A stretch of 64,000 bases of DNA from Tepidisphaera sp. (GCA_050916045.1 CP051526.1:1824001-1888000), one strand, 5' to 3'. Numbered from the stretch's first letter, positions 1 through 9,927 are shown. Notes: a model not told the origin generated them from the sequence alone. Numbers and translations are program-made.

Positions 1-1
1 G

Positions 2-1894
2 ACGTGGCGGCTCCTGATGTGGCTCCCCACGGGGGGGCTCGTGCTGATGGTGGGGCCGGTGGCGGGTTACATCGTGCGGGATCTCTTGCTGCGGCGTCGG
101 ATTGTGTTCGTGCTGCGGACGCGGGGCGGGTGCCCGGGGTGCGGGTACTCGGTGATCGGGCTGGCGGTCACGCAGCGCGAGGATGGGCACTCGGTCGTGA
201 GGTGCCCGGAGTGCGGAGCCGAGGTCGAGGTGGATGCTTCGCTTGCCGAACTGGCGCGGGCGGGCCAGGAGGGCGTGGACCCTGCGGCGGTTGTCGCGGG
301 CGGCGGGGGGAGTGGCGGTGGTGGTGGGGGGGGGGCGACGGGGCGCGTGTTCATCGAGGGGCAGAAGCTCGAACTGCAGGTCTTCTGGACCGCCAAACGC
401 AAGCGGCTGGTCCGGTGCGTCGTGCTCACGCTGCTGACCGTGGTTGTGGGCGGCGGCGTGCTCACGCTGAGCATCAACGAGGCCATGACGCGATGGACGG
501 CCTCGACCGCGCGGAGCGAGATGGCCGAGACACGAGCCAAGCTCCGGTCCCTCGCGGCGGCGATGGGCAACCCGGCGGGTGCGGCGGCGGCGACGGCGAG
601 CAGCGGGGCGTCCGTGTGGGAGCGGCTCGTTCGAGCCCGCGTCGTGATCGACGACGTCGACCGTCTCGTCTGGCGCGACCAGCCGAACCCCAGCGGCAAC
701 TGGGTCTATCCGGAGTTCGCGTTCATCGAGCGGCCTGAGATGATCGATCCGGACCCCAAGGGCGTCTACAGCTCGCACGAAACGCCCGAACAGAACCGGG
801 CTTCCGAAGCCCTCGCCCGGCGGATGCTGAGCGAATACGCGAAAGCCGGCGTCTTCGACACCCTCGCTCAGGCTGCGGGGTCGAACGCGCTGGCTCCGCC
901 CGATTCGGAGTTTGACGAAGAACCGAGGGCGTTCCCCGGGCAGGACCGCGTCACGGCCGTTCGCGTGCTCATGCGGATGCTCCGCGGACGGATGGCCGTC
1001 GCGGCCGAGCGCGGGGACAAAGCCGACTTCATCGCGTCCATCGATGCGCTCATGGCGATCTCTCGGGCGTGCGCGGCCTATCCGCGCGGGTTCGAACAGC
1101 TGTTGGCCGCCGCGAGCGAGAACTCGGCGGCGTCGGGCGTGCGGCTCTGGCTCCTCCCGCCCAAGGGCAGGCCGCGGCCGGATCTTTCGTGGATCCCCGA
1201 GGTGCAGGCGGCGCTCGAGCGAGGTCGGCCGCAGTTGCAGTTCGCTTCCGCGCTGGATGGGGACCGGCTCTGGGCCGACCTCTCGGTGCAGGCGTATTTC
1301 TCGACGCCGGAGAACTTCCGCTGGGGCCGCCTTTCCACCCCCTTCCGCTCGCAGATCGCAAGCAAGCAGAACTGGCGGGAGCTCATCGAGACCCTCATGA
1401 AGACCCGGCTGGGCACGTACCGCGAGAACATGACCGAGCTCGACGCGTTCTACACCTCGTTCATCCCGGCTGTGACGGCCGAAGGCGCGAACCGCCAGGC
1501 GCCCTTTGCTTCAAGCCCGCCGCCCGAGCTCGGCCTCCTGCGCGGGATCGCGGGCTCGCCGTACTACATCGCGGCGATCGACGAGACGCACGCAAGCCGC
1601 CGCGGCACGGACCTCTGGCTCGCAATCGAGCGATTCCGCATGGAGACCGGCGCGTATCCCGACAAGCTCCTCGATCTGGTGCCCGGGTTCATCTCCGCGA
1701 TCCCCGCAGACCCGTGGTCCGGCGGCTCGCCGATGTACAGGCGGCTCCAGACCCCCGACGAACTCGGCCGTGGGTTCCTGCTCTACTTCGTGGGCAAGGA
1801 CCTGAGCGATGAAGGCGGATCCGGCGGCCCCACCTCGACGCCGTGGGTGGCCGGAGCGGCCCGCGACTTCGTCGTGAACGATCCGTCGAGATAG
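2..1894 (+). CDS. Hypothetical membrane protein (probably 5'-truncated by the window edge): TM + zinc ribbon, Gly linker, TM, large helical domain with a pseudopilin/GspG-like C-terminal segment
   Basis: Frame open from base 2. CPGCGY...CPECG follows a hydrophobic helix. C-terminal LAIERFRMETGAYPDKLLDLVPGFISAIPADPWSG resembles GspG-type C-terminal segments. Confidence 0.7.
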   Translation, partial: TWRLLMWLPTGGLVLMVGPVAGYIVRDLLLRRRIVFVLRTRGGCPGCGYSVIGLAVTQREDGHSVVRCPECGAEVEVDASLAELARAGQEGVDPAAVVAGGGGSGGGGGGGATGRVFIEGQKLELQVFWTAKRKRLVRCVVLTLLTVVVGGGVLTLSINEAMTRWTASTARSEMAETRAKLRSLAAAMGNPAGAAAATASSGASVWERLVRARVVIDDVDRLVWRDQPNPSGNWVYPEFAFIERPEMIDPDPKGVYSSHETPEQNRASEALARRMLSEYAKAGVFDTLAQAAGSNALAPPDSEFDEEPRAFPGQDRVTAVRVLMRMLRGRMAVAAERGDKADFIASIDALMAISRACAAYPRGFEQLLAAASENSAASGVRLWLLPPKGRPRPDLSWIPEVQAALERGRPQLQFASALDGDRLWADLSVQAYFSTPENFRWGRLSTPFRSQIASKQNWRELIETLMKTRLGTYRENMTELDAFYTSFIPAVTAEGANRQAPFASSPPPELGLLRGIAGSPYYIAAIDETHASRRGTDLWLAIERFRMETGAYPDKLLDLVPGFISAIPADPWSGGSPMYRRLQTPDELGRGFLLYFVGKDLSDEGGSGGPTSTPWVAGAARDFVVNDPSR

Positions 1895-1944
1895 GAAAGC
1901 CAAGCGGCGATCGTCGGCCCCTTCGCGGTGTACTCTCCGCCGAC

Positions 1945-3024
1945 ATGGACCGACCCCGCACCAGTTCCGCTTTGGGCTCACTGCTCTCAAGAGCGGTCGC
2001 CAGACGCAAGCCTCTGCTGGAGGGCGTCGGGAAGTCCCCCGCCCCCGTCGGAGCGTGCCGCATTTTTTCCGGCGAAGCCGACGGCATGGACGGGGTCTTC
2101 ATCGACGTCTACCAAAGCGAGGAAGCCCGCGGCGCGGTGCTCATCGCCTACGAGGGCCGCGTGCCACGCGGGTTTGACGCCCACGCCGAAGCCGGGATCG
2201 TCCTTCGCGGCCTGCGCTCCCTCGACGTCACCGCCGTCTACGTCAAACACTTCGCCCGCGACCGTTCCAAGCTCGGAGGCGAACTTCCCCCCGAGGTCGC
2301 CGACCCTGTTCCCGCCGCCGGCGATCCGTTGCCCGAAGCGATGCTCGTCAGGGAGCACGGCTGGACGCTCGAAGTCCGCCTGTACGACGGCCTGTCTACG
2401 GGGATCTTCCTCGATCAGCGCGACAACCGGGCGTGGGTCGCGTCGTGGGTCGCCGCCCGCCGCAAAGCGTTCAACTCAACCCAGGTGTCCGTCCTCAATA
2501 CCTTCGCGTACACCTGCGCCTTCTCCGTCGCGGCGGGGACGGCGGGAGCCGCGACGACAAGCGTGGATGTTTCGCCCCGTTACCTCGACTGGGGCAAACG
2601 CAACTTCGCCCACAGCGGCATGCAAGCGGGCGTCGACGACGGCACGCACCGCTTTGCCCGCATGGATACCTTCGAATTCTTCGCGTACGCGGCTCGCAAG
2701 AAGCTCACGTACGACCTCATCATCCTCGACCCGCCGAGCTTCTCCGCGGGCTCCAAGAAGAAGGGGATCAAAGCCTGGAGCTCCGTCGACGACTATGCAC
2801 GCCTCGTCGGCGAAGCCGCCCGACTCCTCCGGCCGCGCGGAGCGATCTTCGCGTCCACCAACACCCATGAACTCTGCCGCCCCGGCCGCCTCGAACGCGA
2901 GATCCTCACCGGCCTCGAAAGCGTCGGCTACCGCGGCAAGCCGCACGGGATTACGCTCCCGCCGATGCCCATCGACTTCGCCGCCGATCGCGAGCGATTC
3001 GCCGCTCTTGCCTTCTTCATCTGA
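1945..3024 (+). CDS. Class I SAM-dependent methyltransferase, RlmI/RlmK-like
   Basis: STGIFLDQRDNR, VLNTFAYTCAFSV, VDVS, YDLIILDPPSFS motifs. ATG 1945 is preceded by TACTCT. Confidence 0.85.
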   Translation: MDRPRTSSALGSLLSRAVARRKPLLEGVGKSPAPVGACRIFSGEADGMDGVFIDVYQSEEARGAVLIAYEGRVPRGFDAHAEAGIVLRGLRSLDVTAVYVKHFARDRSKLGGELPPEVADPVPAAGDPLPEAMLVREHGWTLEVRLYDGLSTGIFLDQRDNRAWVASWVAARRKAFNSTQVSVLNTFAYTCAFSVAAGTAGAATTSVDVSPRYLDWGKRNFAHSGMQAGVDDGTHRFARMDTFEFFAYAARKKLTYDLIILDPPSFSAGSKKKGIKAWSSVDDYARLVGEAARLLRPRGAIFASTNTHELCRPGRLEREILTGLESVGYRGKPHGITLPPMPIDFAADRERFAALAFFI

Positions 3025-3118
3025 AGCTCATGGGTCCGATCCGTGTGCCTGAACGGTGCGGCCTGGTGGGTGTGGTGGGGGTGGCGGTGCTGCGGCGGCT
3101 CTGGTATGCTCCGACGCC

Positions 3119-4555
3119 ATGGAACCCGGCAAACGCGGACTTGAACTTCACTGGAAGGTGCTCATCGCCCTCGCGATGGGGATTGTCGTCGGCTCGCTCA
3201 TCGGCGAATACTGGACCGCCGAGACCTGGGCGAACTTCGGCGTGAAGGATTCCGCCCTGATGATGAAGGGCCTCGGCCGCGGCGAGGGAGAAGCCAACCA
3301 GGCCGCGGGGTTCCTCGCTCAGGCTCTTGTCTTTCTCGCCCTGGCCAACAAGTTCGTCGGTGACATCTTTCTGCAATCGCTGAAGTTCATCGCGGTGCCG
3401 ATCGTGCTCTTCAGCCTCATCGGCGCCGTTGCGGGCGTCGGCGATGTCCGCAAGATCGGCCGCATCGGATTCAAGACCCTGGCCTGCTTCCTCTTCACGC
3501 TTGTCGTCGCCGTCGCGATCGCGGTGGTCCTGGGCAAGGTCGTCGGCCCTGGAACCTACGTCGATCCCGAGACGCGTGCCCGCATCGTCGAGAAATTCGC
3601 CGGCGAAGCCGCCAAACGCGTCAACGCGGCCCACGCGGAGATGGCGGATGGAGGAATGATCTACTTCTTCAAGTATCTGATGGGGATCATCCCGAGCAAT
3701 CCCTTCGCGGCGATCTCGACCGCCACGATGATGCAGGTCGTGGCCTCGGCGTTTCTCTTCGGCGTGGGGCTCACGATGATCCCGCGTGAGAAAGCAGAGC
3801 CGGTGATCAGGTTCTGCGAGGGCGCGGCCGAAGCCATCATGGCCCTGGTTCGCATCATCATGAAGCTCGCCCCGATCGCGGTCTTCTGCCTCACGGCGCA
3901 GTTCGTCGGCGGCGTGGGCGTGGGGGCTTTGTGGAGCGTGCTTGTCTTCTGTCTTTGCGTCATCGGGGGGCTGGGCATCGTTCTGCTCGTTGAATACCCG
4001 CTTCTCATGCTCGCCGTCACGCCCAAGGGGAACAAGGTTGGGTACGGCAGGTTCTTCCGCGGGCTCGCCCCGGCGATGACGCTTGCTTTTTCCTCTTCTT
4101 CCTCGTCCGCGACGCTTCCTGTCACGATCCAGTGCGCCCGCGACAGGCTCGGCGTGCCGGAAGACATCGTCAATTTCGTCTGTCCTCTCGGCACGACGCT
4201 GAACATGGACGGAACAGCCCTCTATCAGGTGATCTCGGTCCTCTTCCTCGCGCAGCTTTACGGCGTGGATCTGACGCTCGGGCAGCACATCACGGTGGGA
4301 ATCATGGCGTGCGTGGTGGCGGTCGGGACGCCGGGGCTTCCGGGAGCGAGCGTTGTGATGATGGCGATCGTGCTCGAATCCGTCAAAGTCCCCACCGAAG
4401 GCATCGCCATTATCTTGGCTGTCGACCGAGTCCTCGACATGTGCCGAACGATCGTCAACGTCAGCGGCGACGCCGTAGCGTGCGTCGTCGTCGCGGGCAG
4501 CGAGGGAAGGCTGGGAAAGGAAGGCACGGGAGCGGAGTCAGAGTCACACGCTTGA
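3119..4555 (+). CDS. Dicarboxylate/amino acid:cation symporter (GltP/SDF family)
   Basis: AFSSSSSSATLP, PLGTTLNMDGTALY, AVDRVLDMCRTIVNVSGD signatures; multiple TM helices. Confidence 0.93.
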   Translation: MEPGKRGLELHWKVLIALAMGIVVGSLIGEYWTAETWANFGVKDSALMMKGLGRGEGEANQAAGFLAQALVFLALANKFVGDIFLQSLKFIAVPIVLFSLIGAVAGVGDVRKIGRIGFKTLACFLFTLVVAVAIAVVLGKVVGPGTYVDPETRARIVEKFAGEAAKRVNAAHAEMADGGMIYFFKYLMGIIPSNPFAAISTATMMQVVASAFLFGVGLTMIPREKAEPVIRFCEGAAEAIMALVRIIMKLAPIAVFCLTAQFVGGVGVGALWSVLVFCLCVIGGLGIVLLVEYPLLMLAVTPKGNKVGYGRFFRGLAPAMTLAFSSSSSSATLPVTIQCARDRLGVPEDIVNFVCPLGTTLNMDGTALYQVISVLFLAQLYGVDLTLGQHITVGIMACVVAVGTPGLPGASVVMMAIVLESVKVPTEGIAIILAVDRVLDMCRTIVNVSGDAVACVVVAGSEGRLGKEGTGAESESHA

Positions 4556-4623
4556 GATCTGAAGTTCGAGATTTGGGATCTGAAATCTGAGATTTGAAAT
4601 TCGAGATTTCAAATTTCAAATCC
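4554..4623. repeat. Imperfect 7-bp tandem repeat, 10 units (GAGATTT-like)
   Basis: GAGATCT GAAGTTC GAGATTT GGGATCT GAAATCT GAGATTT GAAATTC GAGATTT CAAATTT CAAATCC; AT-rich against a GC-rich background. Confidence 0.85.
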
Positions 4624-4650
4624 ATCCCCCAAATCCACCCCCAACAAAGA

Positions 4651-4682
4651 AAGCGGGCCCCGACACACGCCGGGGCCCGCTT
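4651..4682 (-). terminator. Intrinsic terminator-like hairpin between convergent genes
   Basis: AAGCGGGCCCCG-N8-CGGGGCCCGCTT perfect 12-bp stem; T-rich tail (TCTTTGTTG) on the minus strand. Confidence 0.75.
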
Positions 4683-4766
4683 CACATCTTGACAGAACCT
4701 GCTCTTGCTGACCTCTCAAGCACACGCGCTCATGCCGAGCCGGCCCATGTCCTGAGAGACGAGGCC

Positions 4767-6344
4767 TTAGCAGCCGGCCTCAAAGCCCGCCACGAACGCG
4801 TCGTAGTCAAAGAAGTCGACAAACCCGTCGAAGTTGAAGTCGGCGGTGCGGAACGACTCGCAAATCCCGCTCTCAAAGCAGCTCACGTACCCGTCGTAGT
4901 CGAAGAAGTCGACAAACCCGTCGCGGTTGAAGTCGATCGGGCACAGGCTGATGGGGTTCGAGTGGTCGAGCCACACGAACGAGAAGTCTCCATCGACCAG
5001 TTCCGTATCCTCGCCGAACGCGTTCCCGGGGTTCCCCAACACCAGCGCGCGGGCCTGGATCTCGAAGGAACCGTCCGGGTTGCCCTGATACGAGAAGAAC
5101 GCACGCCGGCCGATACCCTCGGTGCCCGGCTCGATGCCGCTGCTCTGCAGCATCAGGCTGCCGGTCTGGTCGGACTTGCCGGCGATGCTCAGGCGGTAGC
5201 GACCGGTCTCGAGGCGGGTGATCGTGTAGTTCGACGTGCCCGAAAGCGAGCTGCCCGTGGAACCGTCGATCCGCCCGGCGATCGCGTTGCTGGCGGAGTA
5301 CGGCACGTAGACGAAGTTGAAGCGGTAGTTCCCGGGGCCCTGGAGCTCCGAGGCGGAATCAAGCGACGTGCGGCGGTAGGTGATGTCCCAACCGGCTTCG
5401 CGGGGAGAAGCCACGACGTAGTCGGGGTTGTTCCCGTCCTGGTACGGCGAGGCGAGCAGCACGCCATCGGTCGCGCTGTTCACGCCGGGGAAGGACACGA
5501 AAGCCTCGCCGCGCTGGCCGCCGTTGTTGTCCCAGGTCACCACCGAAGTCGGAAGCCCCGGAGTCGCGGCAACCTGCCCGTCGCCCTCGACGAAAGACGT
5601 GCCCGGGCCGCCGCGAACGTAGGCCCCAATCCAACCTTCCACGAAGGGGAACCAGGCCGCCGCGCAGTCAAGCGACATTTCCTGATTGCCCGGCGTCCCG
5701 GCGTAGTGCATCGACAGGTAGAGCGAGCCCGCGCCGCTGCGGTGCGTGCCGTCGATCATGCTGTAAGAGCGCCCGGTGCGGAAGGTGTCCGCGGAGACGT
5801 TCGCCAGGCCGTAAAGCCGCCCGACGGGAACCCCGAACACGACGTCCTGATTGTCGCGACCGTTGGCGCGGACAGACATGGTGACGACGCCGTGGTACTG
5901 GTTGATCGACCACGCGTACGTGCGCAGCCCGCCGCCGTCGTTCGCGCCAGACACGGGGTCGCGGCCGTCGCGCAGGCGGACGAACTGATCCGGCGGGAAG
6001 CTCAGGGGGTTGTTGGGCTCGACCGGCGAGATGCTCGCGTCGATGTCACCCTCGTTGGTCCAGCCGCTGGTCCAGAGGTATGGGAACGGCCCGGAGCGAA
6101 TCGGGAAGACCTTCAGGGCCTGATCGCCCGTGTCGCTGTTGCCGTTCAGCGTGGTGCCCGCGGCGATCGAGACGTTGAGGTTCGCCGAAGTGACCGTGCG
6201 CGGATACGCGCCGGGCCCCTGCCACGGCTGCCCCGTCCGGGGATCGTCCCCACCGGGAATCACCACCGAGGGAATCGCGAGCTGGCCCATCGCGCTCCCC
6301 GCACACACCAAAAGAGCCGAAATCGACACAATCTGAGCCTTCAT
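4767..6344 (-). CDS. Secreted protein with C-terminal GC-type dockerin domain
   Basis: Signal peptide MKAQIVSISALLVCAGSAMG. Ends CPIDFNRDGFVDFFDYD...ADFNFDGFVDFFDYDAFVAGFEAGC (duplicated Ca-binding loop, terminal GC). Confidence 0.85.
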   Translation of the reverse strand: MKAQIVSISALLVCAGSAMGQLAIPSVVIPGGDDPRTGQPWQGPGAYPRTVTSANLNVSIAAGTTLNGNSDTGDQALKVFPIRSGPFPYLWTSGWTNEGDIDASISPVEPNNPLSFPPDQFVRLRDGRDPVSGANDGGGLRTYAWSINQYHGVVTMSVRANGRDNQDVVFGVPVGRLYGLANVSADTFRTGRSYSMIDGTHRSGAGSLYLSMHYAGTPGNQEMSLDCAAAWFPFVEGWIGAYVRGGPGTSFVEGDGQVAATPGLPTSVVTWDNNGGQRGEAFVSFPGVNSATDGVLLASPYQDGNNPDYVVASPREAGWDITYRRTSLDSASELQGPGNYRFNFVYVPYSASNAIAGRIDGSTGSSLSGTSNYTITRLETGRYRLSIAGKSDQTGSLMLQSSGIEPGTEGIGRRAFFSYQGNPDGSFEIQARALVLGNPGNAFGEDTELVDGDFSFVWLDHSNPISLCPIDFNRDGFVDFFDYDGYVSCFESGICESFRTADFNFDGFVDFFDYDAFVAGFEAGC

Positions 6345-6414
6345 GATCTTCTCCCTGTCAGCACAAACAAGCCGCCATCGCGGGCACGCGACAGAGCACG
6401 CCCGTCGGGCGGTA

Positions 6415-7230
6415 TCAGCGTCTTGGATTGTTCATCCACCCGTAATACCGATTCTCGCTGCTCTCCATCATGTACCACGCTTCGCCCCCTCGGCCCGAAG
6501 TCGCGTACATGTCGTTGGCCTCGAAGTCCTCGCCTTCCTGCTCGCGTTCCAACAGCCCGGTCGGCGGCTTGAAGAGTTCCGTGCTGCCGTCAAGCATCGT
6601 GATGTGCCCGCCCTTCGCGTGCCGAAGCGAGATCTGGTCCCGATTCCCCCACCGGCCGTCGGGAATCTCCTCGTTGTACCAGTTCGTGCTCTCCTCCACG
6701 AAGATCGGCACCGACCGGAACGGCGTCAGGACCCGCACCGCCAGCGCGTTGTTGAGCACCAGCGTTCCGCCCGACGAAGGGTCCGTCAGGTACCCGATCC
6801 GGGTCGTCGTCGAGAGCTTCACTCCCTCCGCCCGCGCGACCATCGTGTAGTCAAAGTCGAGCGCCGTGCTGCCGTTCCACTGGTTGCGACCCTCGGAGAT
6901 CGAGATCCCCCGACGCTTGTTCTTCGGGCACTCCCCGGTCTTGTCCGCGTTGTTCAGGTACTCGTAGATCTTCCCAGGAACAGACAGATTGTTCTCGTTC
7001 TGCCTCGCCCAGATCGCCACAGGCGGGATCTGCTCCTTGAAATCCTGGGCATAAAGCGTGGACGCAAGTCCGAACTGACGAACATTCGACAGACAGATCG
7101 CCTGTTGGCCCGCTTCACGAGCCTTCCCCAAAGCCGGCAGCAGCAGGCCGATCAGCAACGCGATCACCGCAATCACCACCAGGAGTTCGATCAGCGTGAA
7201 GCCTCTCGGCCGACAGCGAATCATTGGCAT
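6415..7230 (-). CDS. Prepilin-type N-terminal cleavage/methylation protein (planctomycete DUF1559-like, H-X9-DG motif)
   Basis: [31 protein letters not shown]...CLSN, and [12 protein letters not shown] near the C-terminus. Confidence 0.9.
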   Translation of the reverse strand: MPMIRCRPRGFTLIELLVVIAVIALLIGLLLPALGKAREAGQQAICLSNVRQFGLASTLYAQDFKEQIPPVAIWARQNENNLSVPGKIYEYLNNADKTGECPKNKRRGISISEGRNQWNGSTALDFDYTMVARAEGVKLSTTTRIGYLTDPSSGGTLVLNNALAVRVLTPFRSVPIFVEESTNWYNEEIPDGRWGNRDQISLRHAKGGHITMLDGSTELFKPPTGLLEREQEGEDFEANDMYATSGRGGEAWYMMESSENRYYGWMNNPRR

Positions 7231-7445
7231 GACGAACTCTACCGCGCCCGCACGGGGCCGCGTCAATATCTCCGATGTGCCACGCTAATGTCAGATGAAC
7301 GAAGCGCATAGTTGTGGAGGAACGACCCCGCCGCTGGCCTCGATCATCAGGCAACTCCGACCAGCAGCGGGGGGACGTCGGGCGGGCTTGCGAGCTTCAT
7401 GATGCTAGAGCAAACCGAACCACGATCATTCCACATCGTGCGCCA

Positions 7446-8459
7446 TCACCCCTCCAGCGGCAGCGTGTCGGTGATGTTCTTCACCACCACATCCGTCGTG
7501 ACCCCCTCCGCCGCCGCTTCGAAATTCAGCATGAGCCTGTGCCGCAAGCTCGGCAGCGCGACCGCCCGGATGTCCTCGACCGAGACGGTCGGGCGGCCGT
7601 CGATCAACGCCCGGCACTTGGCCGCGAGCACGATCGTCTGCGCTGCACGCGGGCTCGCCCCGAGCCGCACGTACTTGTTGACCATGGGCGTCGCGAAGCT
7701 TTCGCCCGGATGGGTTCCAAGCACCATCCGCACCGCGTAGTCCTGCACGGTGGGGGCGATCGCCACCTGCCGCACGAGCTTCTGGTGCGCGATGATCCGC
7801 TCGGCCGTGAGCACCGACGCCACCTCGCTGTCCACGCCCGCCGTCGTCCGGTCCAGGATCGCCGACAGCTCCTCGCGCGTCGGTGAGCCCACGAGCACCT
7901 TGAAGAAGAACCGGTCCAGCTGCGCTTCGGGGAGCGGGTAGGTGCCCTCTTGCTCAACCGGGTTCTGCGTCGCCATCACGAGGAACGGCGAGGGGAGCGT
8001 GTGCGTCGTGCTGCCGACCGTCACGCTCCGCTCGGCCATCGCCTCGAGGAGCGCCGACTGCGTCTTGGGCGTGGCGCGGTTGATCTCGTCCGCCAGGACG
8101 ATCTGCGCGAAGAGCGGCCCCTTCTGGAACCGGAATTCGCGCTGCCGCTGCCCCTTCTCATCCTCAAACTCCGCGACGACCGTCGTCCCCGTGATGTCCG
8201 CGGGCATCAGGTCCGGCGTGAACTGCACGCGGCTGAACGTGAGCGACAAAGCCTTGGAAAGCGTGCGGATCAGCAGCGTCTTGCCCACGCCCGGAACGCC
8301 CTCGAGCAGCACGTGCCCGCCGACGAAGAGGCACGTCAGCACCCCCTCGACGATCGCCCCCTGGCCAACGACCGCCCGCCCGACCTGCTCCTTGACCGCG
8401 AGAAAGTCGCTGCGGAACTGGTCCGCGGCCGCCTTGGCTTCCTGTGGTGTCATGCTCAT
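7446..8459 (-). CDS. MoxR-family AAA+ ATPase
   Basis: HVLLEGVPGVGKT, RVQFTPDLMPADITG, LADEINRATPKTQSALLEAM, ATQNPVEQEGTYPLPEAQLDRF. Confidence 0.93.
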   Translation of the reverse strand: MSMTPQEAKAAADQFRSDFLAVKEQVGRAVVGQGAIVEGVLTCLFVGGHVLLEGVPGVGKTLLIRTLSKALSLTFSRVQFTPDLMPADITGTTVVAEFEDEKGQRQREFRFQKGPLFAQIVLADEINRATPKTQSALLEAMAERSVTVGSTTHTLPSPFLVMATQNPVEQEGTYPLPEAQLDRFFFKVLVGSPTREELSAILDRTTAGVDSEVASVLTAERIIAHQKLVRQVAIAPTVQDYAVRMVLGTHPGESFATPMVNKYVRLGASPRAAQTIVLAAKCRALIDGRPTVSVEDIRAVALPSLRHRLMLNFEAAAEGVTTDVVVKNITDTLPLEG

Positions 8460-8481
8460 GCGGGGGGAGCGTAGGGGGGGA

Positions 8482-8601
8482 GGCAAATGGCCAAAGACCA
8501 AATGGACAAATTGCCAAAGTGGTGGTTCGGGTGCCGCCGCAACCCGCGCGCAGCACGCCCCCTTTGGCGATTTGACCATTTGGCTCTTTGGCCCTTGGTC
8601 C
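8482..8601. repeat. Inverted pair of short 7/8-mer tandem arrays (GGCCAAAT-like ... TTTGGCNN-like)
   Basis: Left arm GGCAAAT GGCCAAA GACCAAAT GGACAAAT TGCCAAAG (8482-8519); right arm TTTGGCGA TTTGACCA TTTGGCTC TTTGGCCC TTGGTCC (8563-8601). Confidence 0.75.
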
Positions 8602-8663
8602 CCCCTCCCTCTCCCTGCGTAAACTCCCGAATTCCCCGTCCCTTCCCCTGAGGTCCCCGTCCC

Positions 8664-9065
8664 ATGCACATCAAGCCCATCGACCGCCAGAAGCACCCGG
8701 CGGTGATCGCGGTCAAGTTTCTCGCGAATGACTACGACGCCCTCGGCATGTCCGGCCCCGAAGTCACCGTGATGGCTTCCAAGACCCAGTCCATCATCGA
8801 AGCCGCCCTCGAGCACGGGATCGGCATCGAGCACGCCTGCGGCGGCGTCTGCGCCTGTTCCACGTGCCACGTCTACATCGAGAAGGGGGCCGACCGCCTC
8901 TCCGAAGCCACCGAAGCCGAGGAAGACCGCGTCGAGGAAGCCCCCGGCCTGCAACGCAACAGCCGGCTTTCGTGCCAGTGCGAGATTGTGAAGGATGGCG
9001 GCGAGCCGATCGTGGTCCGCATTCCGGCGTGGAACCGCAACGCGGTCAAGGAAGTCCCGCACTAG
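8664..9065 (+). CDS. fdx: 2Fe-2S ferredoxin, ISC/adrenodoxin type
   Basis: IEHACGGVCACSTCHV...SRLSCQ. Confidence 0.9.
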   Translation: MHIKPIDRQKHPAVIAVKFLANDYDALGMSGPEVTVMASKTQSIIEAALEHGIGIEHACGGVCACSTCHVYIEKGADRLSEATEAEEDRVEEAPGLQRNSRLSCQCEIVKDGGEPIVVRIPAWNRNAVKEVPH

Positions 9066-9078
9066 AGGTCACGGAGTG

Positions 9079-9927
9079 ATGGAGGTGTGTGGGGGGGAAG
9101 GAGCGCGGGGCTTGAACGGCTCGTGGGTTACCTTTCTGGTCTTCGGCGTGCTGCTGCTCACAGCTGGCCTCCTCGCGTGGCTCGCCTTTCGCCGTAAGGG
9201 CCTGATCCCCGCCGGAGCGTGCTCCTGCGGCTACCCGAGCACGGGGATCGAGTCCGGCACGTGCCCCGAGTGCGGCAAGCCGCTGGCCGAAGAGATCGAG
9301 CGAGTCGAGTGGAAGCGGCGGATCGCATTCTTCAACCGCGTGGTCGCGTGGGCCGCCGCCGTCGTGCTTGTGGGCCTCCCGTTCACCGTTTCGGCGATCA
9401 GGCTCGCCGGAGCGGACGAGACGATCGCCTGCCGCACGATCCTCGTCCCCAAGGACGGCAGCTTCCGCAGCGCCGTCCTCCGCTGGAACGTGAAGCCCGC
9501 CCGCAAAGCCGCCCCGGCACGCACGCCGGCAGCCGCGCCGGCCACCGCCCCCGGGTCGCCGGGCCGCACGCTCGACGGCGCGGTCGTGCTCGAACTCAAG
9601 TCGAGCGCGGACGTCACCTCCGTGAAGTCCTTCACCGCGTCCAAAGACGTCGTTTCGGATGCGGCCGGCTGGGTTGAACGCACGATCGCCGCAAACCCCG
9701 GCAGCCCCGCCGCCGCCGAACTCGCCCAAGCCGTCGCAACCGCCGCAAGCGGTGCCGAGATGATCTTGGCCGGCGGCGCGGGCTCGCAGTTCACGATGAT
9801 CGCAAGCGGCACCGTCTCGACGGTCGCGTCGCCGCGCTGGGTGCCGATCGCGAGCATCGCGCTCTGGTGCCTCATCTTCGCGTGGGGCGTGCGAGCGATC
9901 GCCCGCCGCGTCGCCGGCACGGCATGA
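9079..9927 (+). CDS. Hypothetical membrane protein with zinc ribbon
   Basis: Three hydrophobic helices; CSCGYPSTGIESGTCPECG; start uncertain. Confidence 0.7.
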   Translation: MEVCGGEGARGLNGSWVTFLVFGVLLLTAGLLAWLAFRRKGLIPAGACSCGYPSTGIESGTCPECGKPLAEEIERVEWKRRIAFFNRVVAWAAAVVLVGLPFTVSAIRLAGADETIACRTILVPKDGSFRSAVLRWNVKPARKAAPARTPAAAPATAPGSPGRTLDGAVVLELKSSADVTSVKSFTASKDVVSDAAGWVERTIAANPGSPAAAELAQAVATAASGAEMILAGGAGSQFTMIASGTVSTVASPRWVPIASIALWCLIFAWGVRAIARRVAGTA

